From Thalia democratica (lineage: Eukaryota), in assembly GCA_965202585.1 (NCBI GenBank), contig OZ241827.1:72044001-72108000 (forward strand): a stretch of 64,000 bases of DNA, given 5' to 3'. Below, piece after piece: positions 49,234 to 61,023 of the stretch. Made by a program: the position numbers and the translations under genes. Below the pieces are notes generated by a model that ran no database searches, was not told the DNA's origin, and worked only from the letters and a program-made list of their open reading frames with translations. Every line of letters begins with the position of its first letter. The first letter of the stretch is position 1.

Positions 49234-50819
49234 TTTAAACTTTATTATTTATCAAACTCTGAAAAATATTTTAAAATTAATAAACTGAATTATTGAAAAA
49301 CGTTTACACTCACGGAGACTGTGATTGAAAATATTTCTAAAGCAGTATTTTTTTTTAATAATCAATACAATTACAAAAATTAAATTACACATTAATAAAA
49401 TGATATTAACATTTTTTTTTATACTTTATGTTATATATATTACAATAAACAAATACTAAAACATAATAACAGACATTTTTGTAATTTTTACACTAGTTTA
49501 GTGAAAGTTACTTCAAAAACATATTTAATTTTTAATTTAAATACTGTACTACACGTCCCTACTTAGCTATTGCTCTTTTAGCTTACAAGTTAAACCGATT
49601 GATTAGAATGCTTACTGCAGTTTATATACAGTTTTATTTTATTCATCTTTGATTGAAAGCGATAATTAGTTCCAGTCTATGAATGTTCAAAAACACCTAG
49701 TAATTTTATATTGCTATCGCATCATACTTTTGAAATGTTGCCATTCTTAAAATAAGACTAACATCCTGAGATTTTTTTGTTCCATCTAGAAGTGCCTGAG
49801 ACTGAAAAAAATGCTGTTAAACAAAGCTTGAATGTTAAAAATGTGAATTTAAGAAAACTTGTCATCAAAAATAGAATTATACTCTATATAGCCGTAGTTT
49901 CGAAGGAAAATTAAAAAAATATATATAAAGTTGTCACAAATTCAAATATTTTAGATTTAGCCCGTAAATTTATAAAGTTAGGCTTTATACAGAGTTTTCC
50001 GTCTAAGAACATTCAAACTAAATACTTTTTAGAGAAAGTTATCAAATTTTCTGTGTGGAAAAATATTAATATAAACTTGACTAATTTGATTGAACCATGT
50101 AAAACATAAGTAAGCTTAAAAAGTAAAACACGGAAGGACTTCTTGGTTTTATCAAAAACACTTACAAATGATTAAAAATGATAAAAACTACAGAAAATCA
50201 AAAAAGCCTTGATAAAACTATTTCAAACCGTAATAAATTTCGCACAATATTGGTTTGTGATAACTGTTTTCATCAGAAATTCTCAAAATTATTCTTTAAA
50301 TTAAGCAAAATTAATAAGATTAACATTAACAGATTTTGATTAAGTAGCTTTAGGTTTCGTAGAAAATACTCAATTAAAATTAAGCAATTACAATTACATT
50401 ACGTTAACGATTAACATTAACATAAATGACAAATGTTAATTAGATTATTAATTTTTTAATTAGATACAAACTAACAGTTGTTGAGAAAGAAAAAAAAAAG
50501 TTTTATCAGAAAATACTCAGCAAAAATTAAGCAAAGTTAATTACATTAACAGATTAAAATTAAGAAATTAACATAAAAACTCACTTAATTAGTTTAACTG
50601 ATTATTTTCTTTTTAAAATATTTTCCTTAGTATAAATAGTTTTCCAAATTTAAGTTCAAAGGAAGCTATTTTTATAATCATCATAACTTGCATATGCATT
50701 TAAAAAACTATGTACTACTTTTGAGGTCCTTTAAATTTTTTGAACTAAAATTTAAATAATTAAGTTTAGTAAGATATTTACTAAGATTATTTTTTCTGTG
50801 TTGATACATAAAAAGCTGC

Positions 50820-53800
50820 TACAAGAAAACATTGTAAAAACTAGAGTTTGACTAAAATAGTTAAGCCAAGTAAAATAATTTTGTGCACTTTATGTAATAT
50901 TACAACTTTTAAAAATTAAACAATAAAAAAATTAAAAATAAACTTGCAATTAAAAAATAAAACTTAATAAAAAACTCGAATTAGTTCTTTTTTGACTTGA
51001 AGGTGTTTACTTGAGGTTGTTCAATCCACAACTAAAAACTTTTTTATAAAATTTACTTATATTGATTTTTTACCTATGATTAAACATGACAAGTTGCATC
51101 AGAAATTATGTTTTTAATCTTGTTGACTGGTTCTGTTTTCTCAAGAGTTAAAAAAATTAAATAGCAAATGAATCTGAGATTCCGTTGCAATGCAATAAAT
51201 GAAGAGAATTTTGAAACCGCATGTATTCTGAAAATTGTGGTAAAAAATGGCAATCATTTTCTAAGCTTTATAAAACAAGATGATTTAAAAAATGAGTTTC
51301 TTAAAATAGATAATAAAATTTCTTAAATACTGTCGTGGATTCTTTTATTTTTGTAGAATAATTTTAAATTTTTGACTTTTTAAAACAGAAGATGTTACTG
51401 TTTTTTTATTTCAATGAACATTGCAGGTATATAATCAGTTTAATCAGTTAAAACTAATGGCAACCTTCCATAACATAATTTCTACCTTATGAAATACTTA
51501 AAAACTAAAATAGGATAAAAGTAGTCTTCCTCTTTTGATTTTAAAGACCGCACAGTATTGAATTTTAGATAAACAAAAATATAAAATGGTTAGAACCATC
51601 AAAAAAATTAGTCTCAGTCTTGTACAAACTTTTCGAATTGTGCCTACCATTTTTTATTTTTGTTTATAAAACACTTGTTGCTAATTTTTAATTAAGTAAA
51701 CTCAAAAAGTTAGTGGACTAATATTCTTTTAAAAAGCCACTATAAAAGAATGTTATAAAACTATACTTTAATTAATACATTGACTTAGAGTTCAAAATTT
51801 TAATTCTAACCTTGTAAAAAACTAGAATTTCATCAAAATAATTAAGGTAAGTAAAAATGATTTAAGGACTTTAAGTGATATTACAACAATTGAAAAAATT
51901 AAAAATTTAGAAGTTAACTTGCATTTAAAAAATAAAACTCAATAAAAAGTTTGCATTAGTTCTTTTTTGACTCGAAGGTGTTTACTTGAGCTTGTTCAAT
52001 CCACAACTAAAAACTTATTTTATATGATTTACTTATATAAATTTGATACACATGATTAAACATGACAAGTTGCATCAGAAATTATTTTTTTTTTCGGTTG
52101 ACTGGTTCTGTTTTTTCAAGAGTTAAAAAAACATAAAAAGTAAATGTAAGTGATATTCCATTGCAAAAACAAATAGGCGAAAATTTTTAAAAATCATGTA
52201 TACTGAGAGTTATATAAAAAATGGCGATTATATTCAAGTTTTATAAAACAAGATGATTTTTAAAATTAATTTCTTCTTTACAGATTCGAACTGTTTTAAA
52301 GACTGTCGTGTATTCTAAAAACGTTCATTTAGAAAAATTTTAAAAATGTTTGACTTTTTTAAAACAGAAGATGTTTCTTTTTTGTTTCTTTATTTCAATG
52401 AACATTACAAGTATATAATCAGTTTTATTTTTAAGCTAGCTTTGGACTCATAAAAGTTTTAATTTAAACTTTTAAGTAATTTTATTAATTTTAAACTTCA
52501 GCTCTACTAACCCATGTCTCTCAATAAAAACTTAATGAAATTTATTTTATAGTTTTTAAGTAAATTCTTAAAAGTGTGTATCTTTGGTAGAACTTTTTCA
52601 TAATTACCTTAGATTTTATTATAGTTAAAATAAATTGATCTTGTTGTCTTTTATTTATTTCAAAGTTTTAAAAGATTTCACAAAAAAATAAAAATGTTGA
52701 ATAACACAGTTTTAGGATTTAAAACCTGTTACAAAAACCACCAAAATAGTTTTAAAAAAGCACAGAATTTTTACATGTAAAACAATAAAACTTTTTGATG
52801 AGGAAAATTACAATACACAAAAACTTTTTTTGTATCTTTCAGAACTTTATGCATGACAAAATAGATTTAAAGTATCATTACAGTCATTATAATGTTTTTA
52901 TAGTCTTATGCCAGTTTTGTAACTTAAAATTAATATAGTACTAAAAGCAAACGAAAAAACTTGTACTTTAAAAATCAGGTTATTTTATAAACAACCAATG
53001 ACAACCCTCTTTTACACAATTTCTATCTTATAAAATATTTGTTGCTACTTTTTTATTAAGTAGACTCAACAGGTTACTGGAGTAATATACTTTTAAAAAA
53101 CCACTATAAAAGAATGTTATAAAACTATTCTTTAACTATTGCATTCACTAAGAATTCCAAGTTTAAAATCTAACCTTGTAAAAACTAGAGTTTCACCAAA
53201 ATAATTAAGCTAATTAAAAATGATTTTGAGGACTTTAAATACTATTACAACTTATTAAAGATTAGAAGTAAACTTGCAATTAAAAAATAAAATTAATAAA
53301 AAGTTTGCATTAGTTTTTTTTTGACTCGAAGGTGTTTACTTGAGCTTGTTCAATCCACAACTAAAAACTTATTTTATATGATTTACTTATATTGATTTGT
53401 TACACATGATTAAACATGACAAGTTCATCAAAAATTCTCTTTGTTCCAGTTGACTGGTTCTGTTTTTTTTGAAGAGTTAAAAAAACACAAAAAGCAAATG
53501 TAAGTGATATTCCATTGCAAAAATAAATTGGCAAAAATTTTTAAAAATCATGTATACTGAGAATTGTATAAAAAATGGCGATTATATTCAAGTTTTATAA
53601 AACAAGATGATTTTTAAAATTAATTTCTTCTTTACAGATTTAAATTGTTTTAAAGACTGTCGTGTATTCTAAAAACGTTCATTTAGAAATTTTTTATAAA
53701 TCTTTGACTTTTTTAAAACAGAAGATGTTTCTTTTTTGTTTCTTCAATTTAATGAACATTACAGGTATATAATCAGTTTTATTTTTAAGCTAGCTTTGGA

Positions 53801-54230
53801 CTAATAAAAGTTTTAATTTAAACTTTTTAGTAATTTTATTAATTTTAAATTTCAGCTCTACTAACCCATGTCTCTCAATAAAAACTTAATGAAATTTATT
53901 TTATAGTTTTTAAGTAAATTCTTAAAAGTGTGTATCTTTGGTAGAACTTTTTCATAATTACCTTAGATTTTATTATAGTTTAAATAAATTGATCTTGTTG
54001 TCTTTTATTTATTTCAAAGTTTTAAAAGATTTCACAAAAAAATAAAAATGTTGAATAACACAGTTTTATGATTTAAAACCTGTTACAAAAACCACCAAAA
54101 TAGTTTCAAAAAAGCACAGAATTTTTACATGTAAAATAATAAAACTTTTTGATGAGGAAAATTACAATATACAATAATTTTTTTTGTTTCTTTCAGAACT
54201 TTATGCATGAAAAAATAGATTTAAAGTAAA
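50820..54230. repeat. Intergenic tandem segmental repeats (near-identical ~1.15-kb pair, offset ~1.36 kb, plus an older partial third copy)
   Basis: gaaggtgtttacttgag.ttgttcaatccacaactaaaaactt occurs at ~51000, ~51975 and ~53328. 51720-52872 aligns closely with 53085-54228. Confidence 0.9.
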
Positions 54231-54798
54231 GTCTTAAATTGATATGTGCTTCATGCACAACGATGGCTAAACTAAGCACAATATAATACGATAGTGCAAA
54301 TAAACATCAAGATCTTATAAAATCAAAATCATAAAAAAGTTCTTATAATTAATTCGTGTGCCTCACGCACGGTCTTATGGCTTAACTGAGCGAAATAACA
54401 AACATTATTAAAGTTTTATTGTGTGTTAATTTGATAAACAATCGTCTAACGTCCCCTGGCGGTCATTTAAAAACAAAAAAATATACATTTTGTTTACACC
54501 CCATGCTGTAAATGTATTTTATAACCTTGTAAAATCAGATTTTTATTTTTTTCAATCCGTTACAGGCTTAACTTTATCAAGTTTCAAAATTACTCTGTAG
54601 TTTTGCCTTAAGTTTATTTGATTTTAAGATTATGTAAAGAAACGCTTTTTACAAGCAATATTACTTAGCTGTTTTTTATCCTTTATTTTAATGATTTTAT
54701 AGTATCGTATAAACACTTACTTTATTACTACATAACAATCACAGTATTGGTTTTACTGACGCACTTAGTTGAGTACCAACAAATACCTGTTGGTCTCA

Positions 54799-55210
54799 CA
54801 GGGGCATAACTAACAGTGGAGTGTGGACCCGCAACTGGAAATAGCAAAAAATAATTAGATTTTTTTTTTTAAACTTATAAGAAAAACAAAGATTCTAGCG
54901 CATTTACAGCTTCAAGCTAAACTAAGAAATTCCGCTTTTAACAAAAGTCATGCAAGTTTACGCAAACCAATTTGAAGAGTTATTCGTTAAAATTTGCATT
55001 TTTATAAACCGAAAATCAACGGTTAAATAAAATCTATAATAAAACCATTTTAAGATATAAGTTTTTTAATGCTATTTTTATAGTTTGAATAGATATAAAT
55101 ATTATGACAAATCGATTGTAAACTAAAGTTAAATAAATAATAACTGATTTCAGTACTAGTTTCAATTTATTTAGTAGGAGCATTAAATGGTCCATCCGAT
55201 GCTACGCCTT
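54799..55210. mobile_element. hAT-like MITE with degenerate ends
   Basis: Ends caggggcata / tacgcctt; candidate 8-bp TSD tggtctca / tagtctga (6/8). The left end is duplicated at ~61145. Confidence 0.45.
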
Positions 55211-57403
55211 TAGTCTGAGGCAGCGGTTCTTAACTTTTTTTATATTTTTTACCCCTTTTTGGACTGCAATTACCAAATTTACCCCTAAATTACAAAATAA
55301 TACTCAATTTTCAAGGAAAAAACAAGTTTTTTGAACTTTAAGCTTATAAAAAAAACCGTAAAACTTAGAGAGTTTATAGACTTAAAAAAACTACAGTTAA
55401 ACACTAACTTATAAACTAAAAAGACAACTATTAAACATTAATTTACACAACTTATATAACAAAATACTCCCTAAAATTTACCCCAGCTTAAGATTTGCTG
55501 GTCTAGAGTGTATAATACCTAAGAAAAACTTACTACAGCATATATGGTACTTATCTTAAAACGATAAGAAAACTTTTCTGTTTGTTTCAAAAAAAGGTGA
55601 TCAAATAAAAAACATTGCATGATTTGAACGTTTGTTAGCTCAGAGTATTCTGATGTCTTTATAGTTTATAAATAGTTTAAATTTCGTTAGCATCTTTTAA
55701 TTAAGACTTACTTAAACAATTTATTAAGAAGCTGTTTAAGGTTTAAACGCGTAGTTACATGAACAAACTTAAATAAATATTATTCGATTAAAAAAGCCAT
55801 AGAAGTATCAATTTAGAATGTTTAATTAGTTTTAACACTTATTTTAAAAGGTAACAACCAACAGCTCCTAATACAACCCTAAGAAAAGTCCATTGTTTTT
55901 CTAATGTAAATACTTTTTGATGATATAATAATGTCAAAAACGTAAAAAAAAACTTGATTTTTATTTATTTTTTGACTTTAAAAGCTAATAAAGGTTATAT
56001 AACAAGCTTTTTAACAAAAAGATGTTAATTTTTACAATGTAATTGTTTCATTTAAACACTACATACGATAAAAATTATAAAGAAAAAACAATAAAAGATA
56101 AAAAATTGTAGAGTTTTAATAGAGTTATTATTTTAATATTAAAGATAAGTATTGAGAAATTAAAAAGTTGCGACCCAAACTATGTTGTTCATAAGTTGCA
56201 GTAATTAATGAACAAACTATTTAATTTAAATTTTATTAAAGTTGTTGATGATATTTGGAGACTATTTTCAAATTCAAACTGATTTAACGAAAATATTTAC
56301 AAAAATTCATTACTCGTGTTAAAATTTCATAATTGAAACAAATTTAAACTAAAAAATACCATATCAATAAATAAAATTATTAACCTTAGCAGTTCTTTAT
56401 TTTAAATAAAATGTTAACAAAACTTTTTTTGATTTTTAAAACTTTTACATATCAAAATATATTCTGTTTCGAATAGATAAGAAATTTAAAAATTTTTACT
56501 TGATTATTTTGAGAAATTTAATTACTACTTTGTTTTAGTCTTATAACTAAACTTAAATATGATTGTATGACATAATACTTATTAATAACTCCAAAATTAT
56601 TTTTAGACAAGTTTTCCGAAAAAAAAACTTCTGAAAAATAGCTCCATGTGTGCATACTTTTAGAAATTGACAGCACTAACAATTTTATTTAACTAAATTA
56701 TTAAATAAGCTAAATAAGTTTTATTTGAGTTTTAAACTCATTGTTATTTACTAACTTTATCATAGTCTTACCATTTTGTTTAAAATATGTAAAATTTATT
56801 TTATTTTATGAAAAAGATTGAACATTTAAACAAAGTTATCAATATTAATTATTAATACAACTTTACTTTTCAATTGTTCGTTAAAATACCTTTTCAACAA
56901 AGTAAATTAATATAATAACAACTAAAAAACTTATTAATAGACTAACTAAAAGAAAAACCTGTTATACAATATCATATTTATTGCTTATTCTTAAATTAAA
57001 TAGTTTCAAAAAGTTCATCTAAGTTATTAATGTATTTTTCATGAATATATGTAGCTAGTAAAATATTAAGTTGTCAGATTATTGTTTGTTGTATGAAACA
57101 TAATAAAGGGTATGCGTTATTAGTTATTCACCTAGCTATATTTTCAAAAACTTCCGTAGCTTATATAAATAGAATTAAATTATACAAATAAGTTTTAGTG
57201 AAAATGATTTCTGCTTTAAACTTTATACTGCAATACATGAGAAAAAAGTTCACAAGGTCTTTAAAAACTGTTTTTACTTGTTTCGAATACTTTAATGTGT
57301 TACTAGTCTGTAGTTTTCAAACATTTCTAGTTACCAAAATGTATTTAATAATATTTTAGCAACATTTCAGGCTTTTTTGTATCTGTAAAATTTGTTTCTT
57401 GTC

Positions 57404-58754
57404 ATGGCGCGAGGGAAAATGGGACCTGCGCTGGGCAAACCACGTGTTCTCTCAAAAGGAGCAATTCGGAGAATGCAAAGAAAGAAAGGAATATTTCAAA
57501 CATCAAATGCCACTGATTTAAAAACCAGCGAAGCACCGGAAAAGTTAGAGCTACGAGGCCTGGATATTTCTGTTTTGTTTTGAAAAAGGTATTGTGACCA
57601 GCAGGAATTTGGTGTGGTTTTTTGCGGAGGTTGACGTACTAAACCACAGCGGCTTATAAAGCATGTAGTCAAACTGAAAGGTGAAAAATTAACAAGTTTA
57701 TCTCCAATTCTGAACATAAAACGTGCTTGCCAATCTGCAGTTATTCGGTCAAATGTTTATAATGTTACAGATGATCAAAATTTTGACTATGATTTTTCTA
57801 TTGATGTTTTTTCCAACAACAATTGGAAAAAACTGACATCAATTCCTCATCATAAGAAAGACTTTACCCTATGTTCATTCATGCAACAGCTTTTTTTCAT
57901 TAGTGGTGTCATAGGAGAATCACATAAATATACATGTAGCCAAACTCCTTTTTATTTGAACGATTGTTTATGTTATGACCCGAAAAGTAACCAATGGAAA
58001 ATCAAAGCATCCTTGAGACGGGTCAGAACAAAAGCTGCTTCGGCGGTTTTCCGAAGTAAAATTGTCGTTACTGGAGGTGAAAGTATTGATGAATATTCTA
58101 GAAAATCAGTGGAAGAATACAATCATAACAAAAACAAATGGACGTACCTACCTAACATGATCAAAAGAAGACGCAGTCATTCCGCATGTAGTATGGGTAA
58201 TAAACTGTTTATAATCGGTGGATATAAGAACAATAGCTGTGAAGTTTTCGACAATTTTATCTGGAAAATTTTCTCTCATCAAGTCGACATCTGTTGAAAA
58301 TTATGGCAACCTGTGTGTTTGCTTAGGTAACAAAATAAACGTTTACCGTTTCAATGAGCGCAAAATATTTGTATACGATACAGGTACAAACAAATGGGTG
58401 ATCAGAAGACTAAACTTCAATAACAACGAAGTCGATTGGCTGAGCTGTGTTAGATGTCCGAGTACTTGTAGAAATGATGCCTCAGAGTCTCTCAGGGTTT
58501 CAGAGTCAAGTTCTTCAGGATACCTGAACAATGAAGTGTCTGGATCGGCAAACGATTCAAGTGAATCTGGCGAAAGTTTAGATCGTTCAAAAAGTGATTC
58601 AACTCAAAGTGAGTCTGAAATGTATTCTCTATCAGATAGTTCTTCTGCATATACATCTTCGCCCGATAGCTCATCAGAAAGTAATGAAGATAATGGAAAT
58701 GATTTATCTGAAAGCTGTTCGGAACCAGCAGCAAAAAGACATAAAGGAAATTAA
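57404..58754 (+). pseudogene. Intronless BTB-less Kelch-repeat gene, disrupted copy
   Basis: Kelch blades LFFISG...CYDPKSNQWKIKASL...IVVTGG...EEYNHNKNKWTYLPNM...LFIIGG...CEVFD. In-frame TGA at 57581 and 57632 and a +1 frameshift in the T-run 58255-58258. Ser/acidic tail ending PAAKRHKGN*. Confidence 0.8.
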
Positions 58755-59978
58755 ATTTGATGAACAAACCCGCTGAGTCTTTGAAATGTCATGATTAGTT
58801 CGAGTAAAACTTATTTATCTTCCAAAAGACATAAAATGTATGTCAAAAATTTCAAAATGAATTATCAAAGCACTAATCAAACTATTTTTATAGTAACAAT
58901 TTAGATTTTTGTTAATGTGTTTAGCTGTCTGACTTAGTCACTAGTTTTTTTTTCATTTTAGTTAGATTTTTATTAAAATGCTGGACTACAGTCAGTATTT
59001 TTAAAATAGGTCGAAACTTTTTGAAACAACTCATGATTGACGAAACAATTCAATTTGTTTCATTTGCATAAGAAGCATGATACTGAGATTTTTCGTTTTT
59101 TTTTTGTTTTACAAGTGTTTTTACATTATAGTTTGTAATCTAGTATTAACTTAGGTTTTAATAAAACAGCTTAAATTTATACTCTTTGTGTTCATTGTAA
59201 TAGTTTTTCAGTTGTTGTTATAATTTTGAAAATAAATTAATGTAATGAAAAAAAAAGTTTTTTTTTAATAGATATTCAATTTAAACAAAATTAACCTGCA
59301 TATCTATTTCTATCATTGATATATTTTTGAAAATAAACTTTTATAAAGAAAAAAAAGTGTTTTAATAGATATAGTTTAAACAAGATTAATCTGTATAGTA
59401 CTGTTTAACTATTAGATTAAAAGCCGATGTCTTTTAATGTTAGTAAACTTTATTCTTATACTAGTTCATGTTTTAGTTTTTCGCTAAATACAAAAACTTA
59501 ATCTTAAAATTAAACGCTTTATCTTCAAACATACCATACTAAATTGCACTACCGTTTGTGTTTAAAACATTCATCGAAGCCCGATTAAATTTTCAATACC
59601 AGTTTGCGTTTTAACTAATAACTATTTACTGATTTAGATACAAATTGAACATGTTGAGCAGTAATATGTTATAATCAATAGTATAAATTACAAGTTACAG
59701 GGCATGTAGTGCTCATACAAACATAAAAAAAGGTCAATAACGTGTGGTCCATTGGATTAGGGCAATGGCGATGCGTGGAAAATTTTTAAAGTATAGTTAA
59801 AATTGTTTCTTATTTTTTTATTATCAGGATTAAGTAAGTAAAAATAAATACAACAACAAATTGGTTGTAAACAAAAGTTAGATAAGAAACAAAAACTTTA
59901 ATACTTTAATTATATTATTAGTTTATCAGTTTGTTCAGATGGAGCATCTCCTTTAATGCTCCACCGGACGCTACACCT

Positions 59979-60054
59979 TTAGTCTAGAGGTGTAATTCCT
60001 GAGCATAACTTACTATAGATCATATAGTACTGGGTTCGAGTCCCGTACGCGCCA
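59979..60054 (+). pseudogene. tRNA-derived (tRNA-Pro-like) decayed sequence or SINE head
   Basis: B-box GGGTTCGAGTCCC followed by GTACGCGCCA; upstream TAGTCTAGAGGTGTAATTC resembles the tRNA-Pro D arm. The 5' acceptor strand is missing and no clean cloverleaf forms. Confidence 0.35.
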
Positions 60055-60291
60055 CTTTTAATGAAAGTAAGATTTGTTTTGTATTGAGCTTTTAATACCC
60101 CATGCTTTAAGATATATTTTATAACCTTGTAAAAAGCATACTTTTATTTTACTCAATTTGTCACACGTTAAATTTTATGAAGTTTCAAATATACTCTGTA
60201 GTTTTGCCTAAAGTGTATTTGATGTTAAGAAAATGTAAAGAAATGCTTTTTACAAGCAATATTACTTAGATATTTTTTATCGTTTACATTA

Positions 60292-61023
60292 CAAATAGAG
60301 TGCTATAGTTTATTTTGTTTAACGACAGCTGTTTCGAAAGACAGATAGTCAATCTCTTCAGGCTTCAACAAAATAAGAATAAGCACGTTTTAGGCAACTA
60401 TTAATAAATACAAAATAACTATTCATGCGTAAAAAGAAAGTAAATGAAAGTAAAAAGAGAGAGAAAAAAAGAGAGAGAGAGAAAGTAGAAATGCTTTTTG
60501 TTAATTATTTTGATTAGATTAAGTTAGCAATTAGAAAAATATATTGTATTGTAATTATAATAAAAATATCAGAATGTTTGATTATAGTTAAAGGTTTTGG
60601 CAAAAGGATTGGCTTTAATTCTTAATATACTTCGAAATAAAACAAAACATTAAAAAGCAACTTATTAACTAGTAATTGTTAAACACAATGCATGAATTTA
60701 AGTTGAAACGGAATATTTAACATTTAACAAAACAAAATAATAAAAAACAACAAATAAAACTAAAAATTCAAAACCCTAATTTGAACATTTGTTATGCTAG
60801 CTAATTGCTTGCTTCCAATTCATCAACAGAAATTTGTTCCTATGTCTGCAACTGCCCATAAGTTCGGATATTTTGTTGATACAGTTGTTACTTGCTTGTA
60901 ATATCTTGAGGGCTTCTTTCAAGCAAAGCTTGCATGTTGTTTTTCCTGGTTGGTGTTTGTTTACTTTTTCTAGGATCTTCCAATTTAATTTGTAATCCTC
61001 TCCTTCGTTTTTTAATAAATAAG
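60292..61023 (-). mobile_element. 5'-truncated Penelope-like element (GIY-YIG C-terminus + pLTR with hammerhead), 14-bp TSD
   Basis: LKNEGEDYKLNWKILEK...CKLCLKEALKIL...INKISELMGSCRHRNKFLL is the typical PLE terminus. TSD TATCGTTTACATTA at 60278-60291 and 61024-61037. The empty site is present in the paralogous segment at ~54677. Confidence 0.9.
60317..60369 (-). ncRNA. Type I hammerhead ribozyme in the Penelope pLTR
   Basis: Minus strand GUUGAAGC-CUGAAGA-GAUUGAC(UAUCU)GUCUUUC-GAA-ACAGCUGU-C-GUUAAAC. Intact core, palindromic stem III, GUC triplet. Confidence 0.78.

Noticed and set aside
54245-54390. Small GC hairpins (gtgtgcctcacgcac) as Helitron 3' ends
   Set aside because: No clear CTRR terminus at the expected distance and no 5' TC end identified.
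54452-54468. CTCF-like motif (reverse complement ccgccaggggac)
   Set aside because: Single short match with mismatches; not distinguishable from chance without ChIP or conservation.
57581-57634. Two in-frame TGA codons as possible selenocysteine or stop-codon reassignment
   Set aside because: Copy 2 has Gln and Arg at these sites, consistent with CGA-to-TGA decay. The same copy has a frameshift, and no SECIS was recognised. The frameshift is in a homopolymer, so reads should still be checked.
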